Shown: positions 55,631-64,000 of the stretch, in pieces | Numbering within the stretch: position 1 is the first letter of the stretch | Layout of the letters: every line of letters starts with the position of its first letter | Assembly: GCF_910592395.1 (NCBI RefSeq) | Contig: NC_088308.1 | Span: 1,488,001-1,552,000, forward strand | Length of the DNA: 64,000 nucleotides | Direction: 5' to 3' | DNA from: Lineus longissimus | Lineage: Eukaryota | Position numbers and translations under genes: made by a program | The notes under the pieces: model-generated | Databases searched by the model: none | What the model was told of the DNA's origin: nothing | What the model saw: the letters and a program-made list of their open reading frames with translations, nothing else

Positions 55631-55703
55631 CAGATTCACCGGGAGTCGAACCCGTGACCAGCCGATCCACAGTCAAACACTCTTGGCGCTGAACCGTCAA
55701 GGC
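55631..55703 (-). ncRNA. tRNA-like element copy 16
   Basis: Same sequence as copy 1. Confidence 0.72.
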
Positions 55704-56797
55704 TTTCATGCTGTGTTGGTGATTTTATTCGCCTCTTATATGCGGTATGCAAACGAGCGCGCCGCAATTGTGACAGGGTCTCGCAGGTGGCAGAGTACTT
55801 TGCCGAAATAGTTCCAAGTAATCGTATATTTCGATAGTTGTACAGATTTTTCTCAACATATCGTATTTATATACCTCAGTGATATTAATGATTATCTTTG
55901 CAGTTGATTTAACGTTTTAATTGCCGTTTTTAAAGTTTTTAAAAATCGAGGTCAGCAGGGTCAGCAATAAGTAGTTTTGAAAGAAATAGTAGTTGGCGCC
56001 GATGATATCAGCAATATGGTGGATTTCCGCCCCACCCGTGAGATTTGCTCTCGTCACGTCATGAGCACAATGAACTGCTTGTGAACTATGCAGAATATGT
56101 ATCGGCTACCGCTCTCTCCATCATTACCGACGATATGTGCCGGTGCCGGTCGTACGAGGTCGTTTCAATGAAAGAGACGCACGCCACTGCCGCACCGGTA
56201 CCTGAGAAAACTTGCCGATTTAGGCAGATTTGCGATGATTGAAACAATACATCTACCTCCTAGTTCATGTATTCTCATATGACAAACCCAGTGGACATCT
56301 AGCCTGAACTAACATGCAGCGATCGTTAAAACTTATACGTGTGTACCTATTGTATACATCAGATAGCGCTCGAGCGTGCGACTACTGACTATTGGAGTTG
56401 CTTAGCGTTAGAAGTAGGAACTAGATATAATTGGACCAATATGTCAACGACCGGCGTACCCCTTTAACCATCCAGGCACCAGTGGTTTTCAATATCCTCC
56501 CACGCCTCCCGATATGACGAAGGAGTATAAAAAGCCTGAAGCTCAGGGTGCCCTTTGACTAATTCTGATTGGAAAAGTCACGGTCCGACACTAATATTTT
56601 TTTGCCCCGATGCATCCTCGAAAATACCAGCTGCCGATTCGAACCATCCTCGGTAGTACTCGAACGCTCGGAATCAGTATAATATGCTGCAGTTTGGATG
56701 CGGGGTATGATAATGATAATAATGAAAATGTTGACATCTTGTACATGGATGATTAGATAACAAGATGAGGAAGAAGAAAAAAAGAAAAAAGCTGCGG

Positions 56798-56870
56798 CAG
56801 ATTCACCGGGAGTCGAACCCGTGACCAGCCGATCCACAGTCAAACACTCTTGGCGCTGAACCGTCAAGGC
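56798..56870 (-). ncRNA. tRNA-like element copy 17
   Basis: Same sequence as copy 1. Confidence 0.72.
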
Positions 56871-58070
56871 TTTCATGCTGTGTTGGTGATTTTATTCGCC
56901 TCTTATATGCGGTATGCAAACGAGCGCGCCGCAATTGTGACAGGGTCTCGCAGGTGGCAGAGTACTTTGCCGAAATAGTTCCAAGTAATCGTATATTTCG
57001 ATAGTTGTACAGATTTTTCTCAACATATCGTATTTATATACCTCAGTGATATTAATGATTATCTTTGCAGTTGATTTAACGTTTTAATTGCCGTTTTTAA
57101 AGTTTTTAAAAATCGAGGTCAGCAGGGTCAGCAATAAGTAGTTTTGAAAGAAATAGTAGTTGGCGCCGATGATATCAGCAATATGGTGGATTTCCGCCCC
57201 ACCCGTGAGATTTGCTCTCGTCACGTCATGAGCACAATGAACTGCTTGTGAACTGTGCAGAATATGGGTGATATGAATAAAGACTAGGAAATGCTTTTAT
57301 CTAAATCTCCATGTACATTTACACTAGGCCTTCCTGTACAAAACCGGAGTAAAAGCATTTGCTAGTCTTTATTCATATCACCCAATGTATCGGCTACCGC
57401 TCTCTCCATCATTACCGACGATATGTGCCGGTGCCGGTCGTACGAGGTCGTTTCAATGAAAGAGACGCACGCCACTGCCGCACCGGTACCTGAGAAAACT
57501 TGCCGATTTAGGCAGATTTGCGATGATTGAAACAATACATCTACCTCCTAGTTCATGTATTCTCATATGACAAACCCAGTGGACATATAGCCTGAACTAA
57601 CATGCAGCGATCGTTAAAACTTATACGTGTGTACCTATTGTATACATCAGATAGCGCTCGAGCGTGCGACTACTGACTATTGGAGTTGCTTGGCGTTAGA
57701 AGTAGGAACTAGATATAATTGGACCAATATGTCAACGACCGGCGTACCCCTTTAACCATCCAGGCACCAGTGGTTTTCAATATCCTCCCACGCCTCCCGA
57801 TATGACGAAGGAGTATAAAAAGCCTGAAGCTCAGGGTGCCCTTTGACTAATTCTGATTGGAAAAGTCACGGTCCGACACTAATATTTTTTTGCCCCGATG
57901 CATCCTCGAAAATACCAGCTGCCGATTCGAACCATCCTCGGTAGTACTCGAACGCTCGGAATCAGTTTGGATGCGGGGTATGATAATGATAATAATGAAA
58001 ATGTTGACATCTTGTACATGGATGATTAGATAACAAGATGAGGAAGAAGAAAAAAAGAAAAAAGCTGCGG

Positions 58071-58143
58071 CAGATTCACCGGGAGTCGAACCCGTGACCA
58101 GCCGATCCACAGTCAAACACTCTTGGCGCTGAACCGTCAAGGC
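58071..58143 (-). ncRNA. tRNA-like element copy 18
   Basis: Same sequence as copy 1. Confidence 0.72.
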
Positions 58144-59358
58144 TTTCATGCTGTGTTGGTGATTTTATTCGCCTCTTATATGCGGTATGCAAACGAGCGC
58201 GCCGCAATTGTGACAGGGTCTCGCAGGTGGCAGAGTACTTTGCCGAAATAGTTCCAAGTAATCGTATATTTCGATAGTTGTACAGATTTTTCTCAACATA
58301 TCGTATTTATATACCTCAGTGATATTAATGATTATCTTTGCAGTTGATTTAACGTTTTAATTGCCGTTTTTAAAGTTTTTAAAAATCGAGGTCAGCAGGG
58401 TCAGCAATAAGTAGTTTTGAAAGAAATAGTAGTTGGCGCCGATGATATCAGCAATATGGTGGATTTCCGCCCCACCCGTGAGATTTGCTCTCGTCACGTC
58501 ATGAGCACAATGAACTGCTTGTGAACTATGCAGAATATGGGTGATATGAATAAAGACTAGGAAATGCTTTTATCTAAATCTCCATGTACATTTACACTAG
58601 GCCTTCCTGTACAAAACCGGAGTAAAAGCATTTGCTAGTCTTTATTCATATCACCCAATGTATCGGCTACCGCTCTCTCCATCATTACCGACGATATGTG
58701 CCGGTGCCGGTCGTACGAGGTCGTTTCAATGAAAGAGACGCACGCCACTGCCGCACCGGTACCTGAGAAAACTTGCCGATTTAGGCAGATTTGCGATGAT
58801 TGAAACAATACATCTACCTCCTAGTCCATGTATTCTCATATGACAAACCCAGTGGACATATAGCCTGAACTAACATGCAGCGATCGTTAAAACTTATACG
58901 TGTGTACCTATTGTATACATCAGATAGCGCTCGAGCGTGCGACTACTGACTATTGGAGTTGCTTGGCGTTAGAAGTAGGAACTAGATATAATTGGACCAA
59001 TATGTCAACGACCGGCGTACCCCTTTAACCATCCAGGCACCAGTGGTTTTCAATATCCTCCCACGCCTCCCGATATGACGAAGGAGTATAAAAAGCCTGA
59101 AGCTCAGGGTGCCCTTTGACTAATTCTGATTGGAAAAGTCACGGTCCGACACTAATATTTTTTTGCCCCGATGCATCCTCGAAAATACCAGCTGCCGATT
59201 CGAACCATCCTCGGTAGTACTCGAACGCTCGGAATCAGTATAATATGCTGCAGTTTGGATGCGGGGTATGATAATGATAATAATGAAAATGTTGACATCT
59301 TGTACATGGATGATTAGATAACAAGATAAGGAAGAAGAAAAAAAGAAAAAAGCTGCGG

Positions 59359-59431
59359 CAGATTCACCGGGAGTCGAACCCGTGACCAGCCGATCCACAG
59401 TCAAACACTCTTGGCGCTGAACCGTCAAGGC
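59359..59431 (-). ncRNA. tRNA-like element copy 19
   Basis: Same sequence as copy 1. Confidence 0.72.
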
Positions 59432-60525
59432 TTTCATGCTGTGTTGGTGATTTTATTCGCCTCTTATATGCGGTATGCAAACGAGCGCGCCGCAATTGTG
59501 ACAGGGTCTCGCAGGTGGCAGAGTACTTTGCCGAAATAGTTCCAAGTAATCGTATATTTCGATAGTTGTACAGATTTTTCTCAACATATCGTATTTATAT
59601 ACCTCAGTGATATTAATGATTATCTTTGCAGTTGATTTAACGTTTTAATTGCCGTTTTTAAAGTTTTTAAAAATCGAGGTCAGCAGGGTCAGCAATAAGT
59701 AGTTTTGAAAGAAATAGTAGTTGGCGCCGATGATATCAGCAATATGGTGGATTTCCGCCCCACCCGTGAGATTTGCTCTCGTCACGTCATGAGCACAATG
59801 AACTGCTTGTGAACTATGCAGAATATGTATCGGCTACCGCTCTCTCCATCATTACCGACGATATGTGCCGGTGCCGGTCGTACGAGGTCGTTTCAATGAA
59901 AGAGACGCACGCCACTGCCGCACCGGTACCTGAGAAAACTTGCCGATTTAGGCAGATTTGCGATGATTGAAACAATACATCTACCTCCTAGTTCATGTAT
60001 TCTCATATGACAAACCCAGTGGACATATAGCCTGAACTAACATGCAGCGATCGTTAAAACTTATACGTGTGTACCTATTGTATACATCAGATAGCGCTCG
60101 AGCGTGCGACTACTGACTATTGGAGTTGCTTAGCGTTAGAAGTAGGAACTAGATATAATTGGACCAATATGTCAACGACCGGCGTACCCCTTTAACCATC
60201 CAGGCACCAGTGGTTTTCAATATCCTCCCACGCCTCCCGATATGACGAAGGAGTATAAAAAGCCTGAAGCTCAGGGTGCCCTTTGACTAATTCTGATTGG
60301 AAAAGTCACGGTCCGACACTAATATTTTTTTGCCCCGATGCATCCTCGAAAATACCAGCTGCCGATTCGAACCATCCTCGGTAGTACTCGAACGCTCGGA
60401 ATCAGTATAATATGCTGCAGTTTGGATGCGGGGTATGATAATGATAATAATGAAAATGTTGACATCTTGTACATGGATGATTAGATAACAAGATGAGGAA
60501 GAAGAAAAAAAGAAAAAAGCTGCGG

Positions 60526-60598
60526 CAGATTCACCGGGAGTCGAACCCGTGACCAGCCGATCCACAGTCAAACACTCTTGGCGCTGAACCGTCAAGGC
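60526..60598 (-). ncRNA. tRNA-like element copy 20
   Basis: Same sequence as copy 1. Confidence 0.72.
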
Positions 60599-61692
60599 TT
60601 TCATGCTGTGTTGGTGATTTTATTCGCCTCTTATATGCGGTATGCAAACGAGCGCGCCGCAATTGTGACAGGGTCTCGCAGGTGGCAGAGTACTTTGCCG
60701 AAATAGTTCCAAGTAATCGTATATTTCGATAGTTGTACAGATTTTTCTCAACATTTCGTATTTATATACCTCAGTGATATTAATGATTATCTTTGCAGTT
60801 GATTTAACGTTTTAATTGCCGTTTTTAAAGTTTTTAAAAATCGAGGTCAGCAGGGTCAGCAATAAATAGTTTTGAAAGAAATAGTAGTTGGCGCCGATGA
60901 TATCAGCAATATGGTGGATTTCCGCCCCACCCGTGAGATTTGCTCTCGTCACGTCATGAGCACAATGAACTGCTTGTGAACTATGCAGAATATGTATCGG
61001 CTACCGCTCTCTCCATCATTACCGACGATATGTGCCGGTGCCGGTCGTACGAGGTCGTTTCAATGAAAGAGACGCACGCCACTGCCGCACCGGTACCTGA
61101 GAAAACTTGCCGATTTAGGCAGATTTGCGATGATTGAAACAATACATCTACCTCCTAGTTCATGTATTCTCATATGACAAACCCTGTGGACATATAGCCT
61201 GAACTAACATGCAGCGATCGTTAAAACTTATACGTGTGTACCTATTGTATACATCAGATAGCGCTCGAGCGTGCGACTACTGACTATTGGAGTTGCTTGG
61301 CGTTAGAAGTAGGAACTAGATATAATTGGACCAATATGTCAACGACCGGCGTACCCCTTTAACCATCCAGGCACCAGTGGTTTTCAATATCCTCCCACGC
61401 CTCCCGATATGCCGAAGGAGTATAAAAAGCCTGAAGCTCAGGGTGCCCTTTGACTAATTCTGATTGGAAAAGTCACGGTCCGACACTAATATTTTTTTGC
61501 CCCGATGCATCCTCGAAAATACCAGCTGCCGATTCGAACCATCCTCGGTAGTACTCGAACGCTCGGAATCAGTATAATATGCTGCAGTTTGGATGCGGGG
61601 TATGATAATGATAATAATGAAAATGTTGACATCTTGTACATGGATGATTAGATAACAAGATAAGGAAGAAGAAAAAAAGAAAAAAGCTGCGG

Positions 61693-61765
61693 CAGATTCA
61701 CCGGGAGTCGAACCCGTGACCAGCCGATCCACAGTCAAACACTCTTGGCGCTGAACCGTCAAGGC
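61693..61765 (-). ncRNA. tRNA-like element copy 21
   Basis: Same sequence as copy 1. Confidence 0.72.
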
Positions 61766-62965
61766 TTTCATGCTGTGTTGGTGATTTTATTCGCCTCTTA
61801 TATGCGGTATGCAAACGAGCGCGCCGCAATTGTGACAGGGTCTCGCAGGTGGCAGAGTACTTTGCCGAAATAGTTCCAAGTAATCGTATATTTCGATAGT
61901 TGTACAGATTTTTCTCAACATATCGTATTTATATACCTCAGTGATATTAATGATTATCTTTGCAGTTGATTTAACGTTTTAATTGCCGTTTTTAAAGTTT
62001 TTAAAAATCGAGGTCAGCAGGGTCAGCAATAAATAGTTTTGAAAGAAATAGTAGTTGGCGCCGATGATATCAGCAATATGGTGGATTTCCGCCCCACCCG
62101 TGAGATTTGCTCTCGTCACGTCATGAGCACAATGAACTGCTTGTGAACTGTGCAGAATATGGGTGATATGAATAAAGACTAGGAAATGCTTTTATCTAAA
62201 TCTCCATGTACATTTACACTAGGCCTTCCTGTACAAAACCGGAGTAAAAGCATTTGCTAGTCTTTATTCATATCACCCAATGTATCGGCTACCGCTCTCT
62301 CCATCATTACCGACGATATGTGCCGGTGCCGGTCGTACTAGGTCGTTTCAATGAAAGAGACGCACGCCACTGCCGCACCGGTACCTGAGAAAACTTGCCG
62401 ATTTAGGCAGATTTGCGATGATTGAAACAATACATCTACCTCCTAGTTCATGTATTCTCATATGACAAACCCAGTGGACATATAGCCTGAACTAACATGC
62501 AGCGATCGTTAAAACTTATACGTGTGTACCTATTGTATACATCAGATAGCGCTCGAGCGTGCGACTACTGACTATTGGAGTTGCTTGGCGTTAGAAGTAG
62601 GAACTAGATATAATTGGACCAATATGTCAACGACCGGCGTACCCCTTTAACCATCCAGGCACCAGTGGTTTTCAATATCCTCCCACGCCTCCCGATATGA
62701 CGAAGGAGTATAAAAAGCCTGAAGCTCAGGGTGCCCTTTGACTAATTCTGATTGGAAAAGTCACGGTCCGACACTAATATTTTTTTGCCCCGATGCATCC
62801 TCGAAAATACCAGCTGCCGATTCGAACCATCCTCGGTAGTACTCGAACGCTCGGAATCAGTTTGGATGCGGGGTATGATAATGATAATAATGAAAATGTT
62901 GACATCTTGTACATGGATGATCAGATAACAAGATGAGGAAGAAGAAAAAAAGAAAAAAGCTGCGG

Positions 62966-63038
62966 CAGATTCACCGGGAGTCGAACCCGTGACCAGCCGA
63001 TCCACAGTCAAACACTCTTGGCGCTGAACCGTCAAGGC
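62966..63038 (-). ncRNA. tRNA-like element copy 22
   Basis: Same sequence as copy 1. Confidence 0.72.
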
Positions 63039-64000
63039 TTTCATGCTGTGTTGGTGATTTTATTCGCCTCTTATATGCGGTATGCAAACGAGCGCGCCGC
63101 AATTGTGACAGGGTCTCGCAGGTGGCAGAGTACTTTGCCGAAATAGTTCCAAGTAATCGTATATTTCGATAGTTGTACAGATTTTTCTCAACATATCGTA
63201 TTTATATACCTCAGTGATATTAATGATTATCTTTGCAGTTGATTTAACGTTTTAATTGCCGTTTTTAAAGTTTTTAAAAATCGAGGTCAGCAGGGTCAGC
63301 AATAAGTAGTTTTGAAAGAAATAGTAGTTGGCGCCGATGATATCAGCAATATGGTGGATTTCCGCCCCACCCGTGAGATTTGCTCTCGTCACGTCATGAG
63401 CACAATGAACTGCTTGTGAACTATGCAGAATATGGGTGATATGAATAAAGACTAGGAAATGCTTTTATCTAAATCTCCATGTACATTTACACTAGGCCTT
63501 CCTGTACAAAACCGGAGTAAAAGCATTTGCTAGTCTTTATTCATATCACCCAATGTATCGGCTACCGCTCTCTCCATCATTACCGACGATATGTGCCGGT
63601 GCCGGTCGTACGAGGTCGTTTCAATGAAAGAGACGCACGCCACTGCCGCACCGGTACCTGAGAAAACTTGCCGATTTAGGCAGATTTGCGATGATTGAAA
63701 CAATACATCTACCTCCTAGTCCATGTATTCTCATATGACAAACCCAGTGGACATATAGCCTGAACTAACATGCAGCGATCGTTAAAACTTATACGTGTGT
63801 ACCTATTGTATACATCAGATAGCGCTCGAGCGTGCGACTACTGACTATTGGAGTTGCTTGGCGTTAGAAGTAGGAACTAGATATAATTGGACCAATATGT
63901 CAACGACCGGCGTACCCCTTTAACCATCCAGGCACCAGTGGTTTTCAATATCCTCCCACGCCTCCCGATATGACGAAGGAGTATAAAAAGCCTGAAGCTC

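Larger units (their letters stand above)
37568..64000. repeat. Tandem array, basic unit 1167 bp, about 23 units, continuing past the right edge
   Basis: Successive spacings of the same landmark: 1167,1458,1167,1167,1173,1173,1173,1167,1173,1173,1167,1288,555,1273,1288,1167,1273,1288,1167,1167,1273. Units are near-identical; the leftmost is diverged. Confidence 0.98.

Noticed and set aside
38483..61137. Repeated 65-aa ORF MLSSRHEH...
   Set aside because: It starts at TTG rather than ATG, is broken by the MITE in 8 units, and shows no recognisable homology.
37827..63044. Repeated 100-115 aa ORF MKALTVQRQ... in every unit
   Set aside because: It reads through the tRNA-like element and T-tract (FFFFSSSS, IIIIII), has no recognisable domain and is frameshifted in one unit. 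It recurs only because the DNA is repeated.
37568..64000. 5S rRNA, spliceosomal snRNA, SL RNA, histone or CRISPR array
   Set aside because: No recognisable 5S, U1-U6 or histone sequence. TCGCCTCTTATA only loosely resembles U5 loop 1, no convincing donor-plus-Sm-site pair was found, and units lack unique spacers.

Overview
Animal (probably invertebrate) nuclear DNA in two parts. (1) 1-~37.5 kb: the 5' end of a minus-strand PDZ-GEF gene (RAPGEF2/RAPGEF6 family). Four coding exons (35086-35018, 33334-33207, 32025-31942, 1348-1273) splice in frame to 119 aa of the N-terminal cyclic-nucleotide-binding-like region, and the gene continues left of the window. Its 30.6-kb intron holds decayed Gypsy and LINE relics, two palindromic MITEs, and a near-perfect AG|GTAAGT candidate recursive-splicing site almost exactly at its midpoint. 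(2) ~37.57-64 kb, running off the right edge: a homogeneous tandem array with a basic unit of 1167 bp. It carries 22 copies of a minus-strand, Pol III-type tRNA-like element with an intact B box, a TATA-like element, a T6-C-T7 terminator and a GTG anticodon. Its acceptor stem is broken, and a vault-RNA-like panhandle fold is possible instead. Unit variants record a MITE insertion, a TA>TACATGTA footprint, deletions and a 3728-bp higher-order trimer. The repeated array ORFs are not supported as proteins. All calls were made by eye; no searches were run.
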